Assembly: GCA_965203295.1 (NCBI GenBank)
Contig: CBDBCZ010000019.1
Location: 896,001 to 960,000, forward strand
Length of the DNA stretch: 64,000 nucleotides
Reading direction: 5' to 3'
Source of the DNA: Nitrospirales bacterium
GTDB lineage: Bacteria; Nitrospirota; Nitrospiria; Nitrospirales; UBA8639
Of the stretch, positions 20,223-28,784 are shown piece after piece; position 1 is the stretch's first letter; every line of letters starts with the position of its first letter. Both the position numbers and the translations under genes were made by a program. The notes under the pieces were generated by a model, which worked only from the letters and a program-made list of their open reading frames with translations, made no database searches and was not told where the DNA came from.

Positions 20223-21503
20223 ATGCTCAAAGAGAAGGAGTCAACAAGTCTTATGATGGAAGCAGTGAAAGATTCCCAAAATTATCCGCTTCTACGGAAT
20301 TTACAATATTCACCCCTCAAGCAAGGCGAAGAACAATACATCGTTCTGTGGGACCCCACGGGACTTTCCTCTGAAAAACTCGTTATTCCACTGAACTATT
20401 TTTATGTATTTCAATTTTTTGATGGAGAGCATTCACTCGATCAGGTTGGGGTGGAATATCTGAAAAAGTATGGCGAATTCATGATGCCGGACCGGCTCTC
20501 CCAACTCGTTTCGGATCTTGAAGATAAACTGTTCTTAGAAGGAGAACGATATGAGAAGGCCAAAGCTTCTGCAATAGAGACCTACCGCACAGCTCCATAC
20601 CGTCCAGCCGTCTTTGCTGGTAAGAGTTATGAGGCTGAAAAGGAAGCGCTTGAAAAACAGCTAGACGGATTTTTTACTTCCAAAGAGGGACCGGAACAAA
20701 CGCCATCCGAAAACCAGGGCAAGCGAATCAAAGGCATCGTCGCACCAAATTACGAAGTCAAGGAAGCAGGACCCCTTTATGCCTGGGCGTATAAGGAGTT
20801 GACAGAAGCCGACACACCAGATGTCTTTGTGGTGTTGGGCACCTGCCATTCCGGATTAGAGGGTGGGATTGCCGTCACCGACAAAGATTTTCAGACACCC
20901 CTTGGAATAGTGCCTGTGAATCGACCCATTCTTGAACATTTTCGATCGAATGGTGGGGTGGGGTTTTTTGAGGAAGATATTCGTCACCAACATGAGCACA
21001 GCATCGAATTTCAATTGCCATTCTTACAGCACACGATCGGGAAGAAGAAGCCGTTCACGATCGTTCCCGTTCTGTGTTCCTTCCCTCCGACTTGTTTGGC
21101 AGATCCCGAATGGAAAGACCTGTTCGAGCGAATTGCGAGCTTCTTAGAGGCCTTTAAAGCCGCTGTCGCAGCGTCAGGACAAGATGTGTGTTTGGTGGGT
21201 AGTGCAAATCTGGCGCATATTGGCCTTCGTTATGGTGATCAAAAACCCCCTACTGATTTTTCCTTTCACCGGTGCATGCAGACGGATCTCGAAATGCTCA
21301 AACATGTGGAGAATCTCGAACCCGAAGGGTTAGCGCAATTTATCCTCAATGAAGAGGACAAGCGGCATATTCTCGGGTTTTCCACGATTTTTACGGTCTT
21401 GAAGCTCCTGCAGGCGGAGAAAGGCGAGGTCCTTCGCTATGATCGCGGTATTACCGACCAATTCAACTCAACGGTCACGTATGCAAGCATAGCGTTTTTT
21501 TAA
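20223..21503 (+). CDS. MEMO1 / AmmeMemoRadiSam protein B family with N-terminal extension
   Basis: RPAVFAGKSY, LGTCH, DFQTPLG, EHSIEFQLPFL, VTYASIAF. Confidence 0.85.
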   Translation: MLKEKESTSLMMEAVKDSQNYPLLRNLQYSPLKQGEEQYIVLWDPTGLSSEKLVIPLNYFYVFQFFDGEHSLDQVGVEYLKKYGEFMMPDRLSQLVSDLEDKLFLEGERYEKAKASAIETYRTAPYRPAVFAGKSYEAEKEALEKQLDGFFTSKEGPEQTPSENQGKRIKGIVAPNYEVKEAGPLYAWAYKELTEADTPDVFVVLGTCHSGLEGGIAVTDKDFQTPLGIVPVNRPILEHFRSNGGVGFFEEDIRHQHEHSIEFQLPFLQHTIGKKKPFTIVPVLCSFPPTCLADPEWKDLFERIASFLEAFKAAVAASGQDVCLVGSANLAHIGLRYGDQKPPTDFSFHRCMQTDLEMLKHVENLEPEGLAQFILNEEDKRHILGFSTIFTVLKLLQAEKGEVLRYDRGITDQFNSTVTYASIAFF

Positions 21504-21509
21504 AAGAAG

Positions 21510-21565
21510 TTTTGAGTTTCGAGTTCTGTGTTTAGGATCTTGAGTCTCGTGTTCAAGGTTCCGTG
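21510..21565. repeat. Degenerate heptamer tandem tract (8 units)
   Basis: ttttgag tttcgag ttctgtg tttagga tcttgag tctcgtg ttcaagg ttccgtg. Confidence 0.65.
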
Positions 21566-21589
21566 TATGTGAACTCCGAACATTTCCCT

Positions 21590-22120
21590 TCACTCTTCTA
21601 TGACCTGGACCGTCATTTCAATAGGTTCCAGGGGATTATCTTTTTCATCCCGCCGAACGGAAACAATTTTATCGACGGTATTCATTCCCTTCACGACCTT
21701 CCCAAACGCGGAATAGGTTCGATCGAGACTTGAGGAGTCATCCACACAAATAAAGAATTGCGACCCATTGTCGGAGACATCGCGGGTTGCATCTCCTGTT
21801 CGAGGAACTTTTGCCATGGAGAGTGTACCGCGACGATGGGGACGATCACTGGGTTCGGGAGTCAGGCTGAATCCAGGAGTTCCCGTACCGTGGAGATTAC
21901 GGTCCGGTTCCTTACTCAGGGGATCTCCTCCTTGAATGAGAAAACCGGGAACGACTCGATGGAAGGTGGTGCCGTTGTAAAATTTCATTTTGATCAGATT
22001 CAGGAAATTGTCCACGTGGCGGGGAGCTAAATCAGGGAAAAACCTGATCTCAATATCCCCAAACTTCGTAGAAATCAACACCATAGGATTCTTTTTCTGA
22101 AAGACGACAGGCGAGGACAT
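21590..22120 (-). CDS. Cyclophilin-type peptidyl-prolyl isomerase
   Basis: FYNGTTFHRVVPGFLIQGGDP, GTLSMA, GSQFFI. Confidence 0.95.
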   Translation of the reverse strand: MSSPVVFQKKNPMVLISTKFGDIEIRFFPDLAPRHVDNFLNLIKMKFYNGTTFHRVVPGFLIQGGDPLSKEPDRNLHGTGTPGFSLTPEPSDRPHRRGTLSMAKVPRTGDATRDVSDNGSQFFICVDDSSSLDRTYSAFGKVVKGMNTVDKIVSVRRDEKDNPLEPIEMTVQVIEE

Positions 22121-22151
22121 TTTTCGACTCTAACAAGGAAAAGTCCGCCGC

Positions 22152-22200
22152 TTCAAGACTCCAGCCTTCGGACTATAGACTCCAGACTCAAGTCTCCAGC
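22152..22200. repeat. Degenerate heptamer tandem tract (7 units)
   Basis: ttcaaga ctccagc cttcgga ctataga ctccaga ctcaagt ctccagc. Confidence 0.7.
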
Positions 22201-23502
22201 TTATTTTAATCCATCACCAGGTTTTATCCATATCCAAAGAATACTTCCTAGAAAGGCCATCCCTGCTGCTGTTCCCAAGGCCGTTGACCACCCAAACTCT
22301 TCAGCCAGCCAAGGCGTTAAGGTAGGGGAGAGTGTCCCTCCGAGATTGGCTCCAGTATTCATTAACCCCGAAAGTGTCGCGGCGTATGGCTTGGAAAGGT
22401 CAGAAGTGGAACTCCAGAAAGCCCCCACCGTAAAGTACAACCACCCGGCACCCAACGAAAGGAGCCCAATGGCCAAGTAAGGAGCTGAAATATTTGCTCC
22501 CAGAAGAATAGAAACAGAGGCTAGCCCCATCCCCATGGCACCAATGTAGCTTCTGCCTTGGTTGACTCCTCTGATTTTAGCCAGCTGATCAGTAGCCCAG
22601 CCGCCTAATGGACAAAAAATCATCATGGCCAGGAAAGGCGCAGATGCAAAGAACGCCCCACGTAACACATCGAAGCCTCGGATATTGACCAAATACAAAT
22701 AGAACCAGGACATATACACGTAGGCAACATACCCAAGACATGTATAACTGAGGACGAGCCACCAAATGGTAGGAGTTTGAAGGAAGGCTTTCCAGGGAAC
22801 CTTTGGGGATGTTGCATTCGATGCTGAAGACGCCCATGTGCCGATTAAGGCCACCTCTGCAGCATTGACGTGTGGGTGGTCTTCTGGATAGTCAGTCGCA
22901 TAAGAATACCAGATAGCGGCAATCCCCAATCCGAGAAGTCCTGCCACGTAAAAAGCCATCTGCCAGCCAAAATTGACCACGATCCATGCTGTAATTGGCG
23001 GAGTAATAGCTGAGCCAATCCCGATCCCTCCAATAGTAATCCCAATGCCAATGCCTCGTTCGTGAGGTGGGTGCCAATTAGCCACAACTCTGTTGAAGTT
23101 GGGAAGAGCCGCAGCTTCTCCGACCCCAATCAAAAAACGTACCAAAGCTAAGGAGCCAAAAATACCTAGCATATGAACCAGAGGGAGAGTAGGGGCGATG
23201 GCTGTGACCGCGGTAAAAATGGACCACCAAATCACCGCCAATGTTAGGACCCTGCGGGCTCCCCATCGGTCTCCTAACCAGCCTCCTGGAACTTGACATA
23301 TGGCATACCCTAAGACAAAGGCCGAAAAGATCTGCCCCATTTGAACCTGGGTAAGTCCTAGGGATGGCATCATCTGCCGGGCAGTCACGGAAATGTTCAC
23401 CCGGTCAATATACGTAATAATGCTGATTCCGAGGAGGATGGATAAAATGGTCCAACGCGTGCGGGTAGGCGGATTACCTTGTGTAGAATTGACCAAAGAC
23501 AT
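22201..23502 (-). CDS. MFS transporter, anion:cation symporter (sugar-acid type)
   Basis: YIDRVNIS, QVPGGWLGDRWG, GVGEA, W.P..ERG; many TM segments. Confidence 0.9.
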   Translation of the reverse strand: MSLVNSTQGNPPTRTRWTILSILLGISIITYIDRVNISVTARQMMPSLGLTQVQMGQIFSAFVLGYAICQVPGGWLGDRWGARRVLTLAVIWWSIFTAVTAIAPTLPLVHMLGIFGSLALVRFLIGVGEAAALPNFNRVVANWHPPHERGIGIGITIGGIGIGSAITPPITAWIVVNFGWQMAFYVAGLLGLGIAAIWYSYATDYPEDHPHVNAAEVALIGTWASSASNATSPKVPWKAFLQTPTIWWLVLSYTCLGYVAYVYMSWFYLYLVNIRGFDVLRGAFFASAPFLAMMIFCPLGGWATDQLAKIRGVNQGRSYIGAMGMGLASVSILLGANISAPYLAIGLLSLGAGWLYFTVGAFWSSTSDLSKPYAATLSGLMNTGANLGGTLSPTLTPWLAEEFGWSTALGTAAGMAFLGSILWIWIKPGDGLK

Positions 23503-23775
23503 AGAGAATTCCCAGGCCACTCTAAAGATGTTTATGAAGAATGCCAACAGGGTTAAGAAGGGGGATCCCCTGAACAAGATCAAAAAGGTCGATGCACGAA
23601 TTTTCCTTGATTCCCGTGATCTTTCGGCGATTAGTCCCTCCTAAGTGCTCATTTTTTCTGTTTTTGACCAGTCTTTCCCCTGTTGAAAGTTTATGCCAGT
23701 CCATGATAGATGGAGGCCACTGAAAGAGAAGTTTCATGGAAACGTACTTAGGGCTTTCACACGAGGAGGGTTGAT

Positions 23776-24507
23776 ATGGCGAGAAAAGCCACCAGCAAGC
23801 CCAAAGCCAAGACGAAGAAACTAAAAAAGTCTGGGGGCTCGAAAGCATCAAAAGCCAAGGCCAAAGCCAATGGGGCGAAAAAGAAGGTAAAAAAGACCAA
23901 AGCATCCAAGAAAAAGGTCGCCCGCAAATCGGCTGTTAAAAAGAAAGCTCCCGTGAAAAAAGCGAAAAGGATTAAGCGCTCTGGGAAGAGTGTAAAAAAG
24001 GCAGTTAAAAAGAAAGCGGCCAAAAGGAAGGCGATCAAAAAGAAGGCAGCTAAAAAGAAAGTAGCTAAAAAGAAAGCTCCGACTCGTTCTAAAGCTAAGC
24101 CCAAGGCTAAGGCTAAAATTAAGGTCAAAACAAAACCTAAAGCAAAGGCGACAACCAAAGTTAAAAAAAATAAAGCTGTGCAAAAAGCAAAAATGGATAA
24201 GAAGCAATCTGCAGGGGGTCTTGAGGAACTCAAGAAGCCTTTTGCTGCAACCGTTACCGAGGTCTCTTTCGAATCAATAGAAGAGGTCAAAGATTTCGAT
24301 GATGATGTGGTCGATCCTTTCGTTTCGGATGTCACTGAGGAATTGGGGAGTGATTTGACCGATGATGATACTGATGATGAAGAATCACCTGATGATTTAG
24401 AGGAGGATTTGACAGAAGATCTTTCTGAAGAACTAGGAGGGGAGAGGTATTTCCCTGAGAGAGAACCTGTATCGGATGACGATGATGACGTTCTCCGGTC
24501 CTGGTAA
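23776..24507 (+). CDS. Histone H1-like Lys/Ala-rich protein with acidic C-terminal tail
   Basis: KKKAAKKK-type repeats over about 150 aa, then D/E-rich tail; GAGGAGG RBS. Confidence 0.75.
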   Translation: MARKATSKPKAKTKKLKKSGGSKASKAKAKANGAKKKVKKTKASKKKVARKSAVKKKAPVKKAKRIKRSGKSVKKAVKKKAAKRKAIKKKAAKKKVAKKKAPTRSKAKPKAKAKIKVKTKPKAKATTKVKKNKAVQKAKMDKKQSAGGLEELKKPFAATVTEVSFESIEEVKDFDDDVVDPFVSDVTEELGSDLTDDDTDDEESPDDLEEDLTEDLSEELGGERYFPEREPVSDDDDDVLRSW

Positions 24508-24626
24508 AACGTTCCCGGGATGTGATTGATCCTGGGTTATTTCATGAACGGAATGAGTTGGATTTCTCTTTAAGCGATTCATCAAGGGGTCGCTTCTTTT
24601 CACATACCTAACTAATAAAGGGGGTT

Positions 24627-25310
24627 TTGTTGAACGAAAACAAAATGGAAACGATACCTGAATCTGTGAGGATACCTCGAATTGGAGATCCGGCCCCTGA
24701 TTTTCGAGCCGTGACAACGCATTCGAGTGATTTTAACTTCAGTGCTTGGCAGGAACAGGACTGGGCTGTCTTCTTTTCCCACCCAGCCGATTTTACTCCC
24801 GTCTGCACGACTGAGTTGATGGAATTTGCGAACCAGTACGAACAGTTCCGCAATAAGGGGATTAAGCTGATTGGGCTAAGCGTTGACAGTATTCACTCAC
24901 ATTTGGCCTGGATAGAGAACATGAAACAGAACATGGGAATACACATTCCATACCCTTTAGTTTCCGACAGTGATATGCGCATATCCCAGTTGTATGGAAT
25001 GATCCACCCCGGAACGAGCACGACCGCCACAGTTCGAGCCGTGTTTGTGATTGATCCGAAACGCATAGTCCGAGCTCTCATCTATTATCCAATGAATGCA
25101 GGACGGAATGTTGACGAAATATTTCGTATCGTGCAGGCCCTCCAGACTGCAGACCGTTATGGTTGTGCCACACCGGTCAATTGGAAGGAAGGTGGAAAAG
25201 TCGTGGTTCCCCCCCCGAAAACCGTTGAGGAAGTGGCGGAACGATTGAGTCATACGGAACGGGACATCAAAGACTTCTACTTGAGTTTCAAAGAACCGAA
25301 CCAAGGGTAA
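24627..25310 (+). CDS. Peroxiredoxin, Prx6 (1-Cys) subfamily
   Basis: FSHPADFTPVCTTE, TVRAVFVID, GRNVDEI; start could be a few codons later. Confidence 0.93.
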   Translation: MLNENKMETIPESVRIPRIGDPAPDFRAVTTHSSDFNFSAWQEQDWAVFFSHPADFTPVCTTELMEFANQYEQFRNKGIKLIGLSVDSIHSHLAWIENMKQNMGIHIPYPLVSDSDMRISQLYGMIHPGTSTTATVRAVFVIDPKRIVRALIYYPMNAGRNVDEIFRIVQALQTADRYGCATPVNWKEGGKVVVPPPKTVEEVAERLSHTERDIKDFYLSFKEPNQG

Positions 25311-25478
25311 GTTTTTCGAACCAAAACTGACTTGACCAGTCAGATCTATTTCCCTCTTCTGACGATTCCTTTTACCTTGTTCAAATGGATGGCTTTATTT
25401 GTCAAAACTTGCATTTCAGTTTGACGGACACGATCAGATGAAGTTGGGAATCCCTGTGACACGCAGGGAGCCTAAGCT

Positions 25479-25556
25479 GTCATCCCCGCAGTCTCGTAGG
25501 CGAGCATCCAGGGTGATAAAAAAAATGGATCCCCGCTACAAAACTGCGGGGATGAC
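25479..25556. repeat. REP-like palindromic element
   Basis: Perfect 14-bp inverted repeat GTCATCCCCGCAGT ... ACTGCGGGGATGAC with internal ATCCA/TGGAT. Confidence 0.75.
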
Positions 25557-25673
25557 GGGATCAAGATCTACGAGCCGTACTTTTTACCAAGTTTTACACT
25601 TTAAACTCGAAACCTTAAACTTGCCCCCCCACCAGACATTATCTGCAAGATCAAATCCAAGTCTTTACATTTT

Positions 25674-26891
25674 ATGTTGTCACTTTTTTTTAGGGGTTAT
25701 CCCTTTAAAGGAGGGGTCCGTTTTGTAGGCAGCTTTCATTTTCCTCGTGGTGTTGCTTTAGCCCAATGTCGTCAGCGCGTATCTCCAAGGTATGTGATTC
25801 AAGCGAAGTGGGAAGAAAGGTTTTCTCTGCTGTACGGATTTTTGTTTGTATTCGTATGGATAGGAATGAGCGGGATGGCTTGGGGGCCTTGCGACGTCGA
25901 TCATCAGTTCGATGGTTCGCAGGGTGTCGATCATTGGGAATTGGTGGGAGGTTGTAGTGAAAAGGATCGCGAAGCTCTTGCTGTTCCCGCGCACGACATT
26001 CTTCAAGCTTTTGAGGCTGGACATGGAGTGGAATTGGAAGGCGTGGTGCTCCAAGGGGATCTGTTTTTAGATCAACTTCCACTCCAATCTGTCAACTTAG
26101 ATCGCATTCCTCACCCTTTCGTTCGTGAGGCCTTAACGAGAGAAGGCACCAAAGAAGTGAGAATTATTCATGGCCCGTTTATTCTGCGAGATGTTCTTGT
26201 AGAAGGGACCGTAGCGACAAACTTAATAGGCAGTGGTTTTTTCTTCATGAATGGGCCCGTGTCTATGAGTGGGACGAAATTTGAGCAGTCCCTTGATCTC
26301 TCTCGCACGGTATTCTTTGAGCCGGTTGATTTTTCTGAAGCGGTGATTGCGCATGAAGGGTTTTTCATTAAAGCCATGTTTACTCGCCCAGCTCGCTTCG
26401 AAAAAACAGCGTTTGGAACCCATTCTCGATTTCATAGAGCTGTTTTTTCTGAAGAGGCAACCTTCACGAGAGCGGGGTTTACTGGGCTAGCCGAATTTTT
26501 AGAAGTGACGTTCGAAAAAGAAACTGGATTTTCGCGGACACGCTTTAACATGGGGACAGGATTCTCAGGTAGTCAGTTCAAGGGCGTCCTGGATTTTTCG
26601 GAGGCAACGTTTGAGCAGGCAGCGTATTTTCGTTTTACAGAATTTGTTGAAGATGCCTATTTCCGCCGAACCGTTTTTAAATCGGAAGCCGACTTCACAC
26701 AAGCAAAGTTTGGAGGGGTTTCTGACTTCACCAAAGTGTTATTCGAAGTACCCCCTCATTTTGAAGGTGTCACGCCTTCTTCAGGGCAGCCCACTTTAAA
26801 AGGACTGCAGGATCAGACGATCCAAATAGGGATTGTGGTTCTCGTTGCGGCCTTTATCGTGCTTGTTTTCTATATGGCAAGAAAGACTTAG
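25674..26891 (+). CDS. Pentapeptide-repeat membrane-anchored protein
   Basis: Repeated F/xDF/xxF pentapeptide spacing (aa ~195-365), hydrophobic segments near both ends; true start probably downstream of 25674. Confidence 0.8.
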   Translation: MLSLFFRGYPFKGGVRFVGSFHFPRGVALAQCRQRVSPRYVIQAKWEERFSLLYGFLFVFVWIGMSGMAWGPCDVDHQFDGSQGVDHWELVGGCSEKDREALAVPAHDILQAFEAGHGVELEGVVLQGDLFLDQLPLQSVNLDRIPHPFVREALTREGTKEVRIIHGPFILRDVLVEGTVATNLIGSGFFFMNGPVSMSGTKFEQSLDLSRTVFFEPVDFSEAVIAHEGFFIKAMFTRPARFEKTAFGTHSRFHRAVFSEEATFTRAGFTGLAEFLEVTFEKETGFSRTRFNMGTGFSGSQFKGVLDFSEATFEQAAYFRFTEFVEDAYFRRTVFKSEADFTQAKFGGVSDFTKVLFEVPPHFEGVTPSSGQPTLKGLQDQTIQIGIVVLVAAFIVLVFYMARKT

Positions 26892-27027
26892 TGCGTCCAC
26901 TCAATTTTAGCCACAATATATAGAATAAGTGGTTGCTATGATGTACCAAGTCTGGTATAAGTTTTAAAAATTTAAGAGGTCTTCCCTGAAGGGAAGGGCT
27001 GGAATTTTCCTATTCGAGGTTGAGTCC

Positions 27028-27858
27028 GTGCAAGACGTCGAGCAAACATATCAGGTCAAGTTGGATTCCTTTACAGGTCCGTTGGACCTTCTCTTGCACT
27101 TGATTAAAAAGAATGAAATCAACATTTACGATATCCCTATTGCCTTAATCACTCGGCAATACCTGGAGTATATCAGTTTCCTGAAGGACTTGAACTTGTC
27201 GTTTGCTGGTGAGTTTCTGGTGATGGCGACGACTTTAATTCAGATTAAATCTCGGCTGTTGCTCCCAAAAGAGGAAGATTCAAGCCCTCTTGAGGAGCAG
27301 GACACCCGAAGTGAGTTAGTTCGACTCCTTGTGGAGTATCAACAGTTTAAGGATGTTGCTGGGCGTCTGTCCGAACAGGAGCGTATGTGGCGAGATTTTT
27401 ATCAACGTGAACCTCTTCAGGGAACAAAGGGCCCTGTGCAAGATGTTTTGCTCGAGGATGTTGGCTTATTTGATCTTTTGGATGTGCTTCAGGACGTGTT
27501 AAGCCGCACTGAATCACAAGCTATTTTCGAAATTACTCCAGAGACACTGACCGTTCAGGATCGAATCAATGCCATTCTGGAATGGTTGGAAATCGATTCG
27601 AATATGATGTTTTCTGCCTTGTTTGAAGGAGATGTGACCAAGGGCATGATTATCGTGACCTTCATGGCAGTGTTGGAGCTGGTTCGGATGAAACTGGTTC
27701 TGATCTACCAGGCAGATCTGTTTGGCCCTATCAGAATAACACGAGCGTTTCTTGCTGGTTCGGGTTCAGAGGTTCATGCTTTTGGTGCTCCTCACAATGG
27801 TTCAGGAAATGACAATTCAGCTAATAATGGAGGTGTCCATGGTCGCGAGAGCTCGTGA
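27028..27858 (+). CDS. scpA: Segregation and condensation protein A
   Basis: FTGPLDLLLHLI, EFLVMATTLIQIKSRLLLP, VTFMAVLEL. Confidence 0.93.
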   Translation: MQDVEQTYQVKLDSFTGPLDLLLHLIKKNEINIYDIPIALITRQYLEYISFLKDLNLSFAGEFLVMATTLIQIKSRLLLPKEEDSSPLEEQDTRSELVRLLVEYQQFKDVAGRLSEQERMWRDFYQREPLQGTKGPVQDVLLEDVGLFDLLDVLQDVLSRTESQAIFEITPETLTVQDRINAILEWLEIDSNMMFSALFEGDVTKGMIIVTFMAVLELVRMKLVLIYQADLFGPIRITRAFLAGSGSEVHAFGAPHNGSGNDNSANNGGVHGRESS

Positions 27859-27868
27859 GGAAGGACTT

Positions 27869-28567
27869 ATGGTGCAAGAACCTCAGAATGGAACGGTAGC
27901 GGCTGAAGACTTGGTGATGACCCATCAGAATCAGCCAACGCATAGAAACGGGAGAGTTCGAGATGCGGTTGAACAACAGGAAGTGTTGGATGACCAAGAA
28001 CTCAAAGGGGTGTTGGAAGCTTTGTTGTATATTTCCCATGAACCCCTGACTTTGGAAAAATTGACAACAGTTTTTGAGGGAATTCCGAAAGTCATCGTAC
28101 ACAATGCCTTGCAGGTTCTTCAACAAGATTATGACCAAGAGGGCCGTGGTCTCAAAATTGCGGAAGTGGCTGGTGGGTTCGTTATGGTCACTCGCCAGGA
28201 TTGTGCCCCGTGGATTACCCGTTTTCAGAAGGTCAAACCCTCTGCACGAGTGTCCCGATCTGCCATGGAGACCCTGGCGATCGTGGCGTATAAGCAGCCG
28301 ATTATTCGTGGGGAAATTGAGCAGATCCGCGGGGTGGAAACATCAGGAGTCCTCCGCACTCTTTTGGATCAAAAATTGTTACGGATTGTTGGGAGAAAGG
28401 ATGTCCCCGGTCGCCCAATTCTGTATGGAACATCAAAGACGTTTCTTCAACGATTTGGCTTACGTGACCTTCGTGATCTCCCGCCCCTTCGAGAGTTTCA
28501 AGCTCTGGGAGAACAGGTTACCCAAGGGTTATTTGACAGACCTTCAACGGAAGAAGGACAAGGCTAG
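27869..28567 (+). CDS. scpB: Segregation and condensation protein B
   Basis: LEALLY, ETLAIVAYKQP, IEQIRGV, PGRPILYGT...FGL..L.DLP. Confidence 0.93.
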   Translation: MVQEPQNGTVAAEDLVMTHQNQPTHRNGRVRDAVEQQEVLDDQELKGVLEALLYISHEPLTLEKLTTVFEGIPKVIVHNALQVLQQDYDQEGRGLKIAEVAGGFVMVTRQDCAPWITRFQKVKPSARVSRSAMETLAIVAYKQPIIRGEIEQIRGVETSGVLRTLLDQKLLRIVGRKDVPGRPILYGTSKTFLQRFGLRDLRDLPPLREFQALGEQVTQGLFDRPSTEEGQG

Positions 28568-28784
28568 TCCATGGAACCTAAGAGTGTGGATTCTTCATCG
28601 GTGCTGGAAGACGAGAGTATGTCTCCATCCGAAATGGAAGAGTCCGGGACAGATACCTAATATCGAGCTATCACCCTTACTCCTACCTCCCTGCCTCCAC
28701 GTTTGGTCCCCAGTCCATCTGCTTCGGTGGTTTTTTTCTGACCTGCCCTTGTGCGTCGACAAGCCATCTTCCTAGAATGATTGT

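Noticed and set aside
21510..22200. CRISPR array
   Set aside because: Units are 7 bp with no spacers and no cas genes; the AddB and TM0106 Cys patterns are not Cas4
23757..24335. 192-aa hydrophobic ORF on - strand
   Set aside because: Antisense shadow of the Lys-rich gene (AAA codons read as Phe/Leu)
28074..28775. 233-aa ORF overlapping scpB
   Set aside because: Alternative frame with no recognisable motifs
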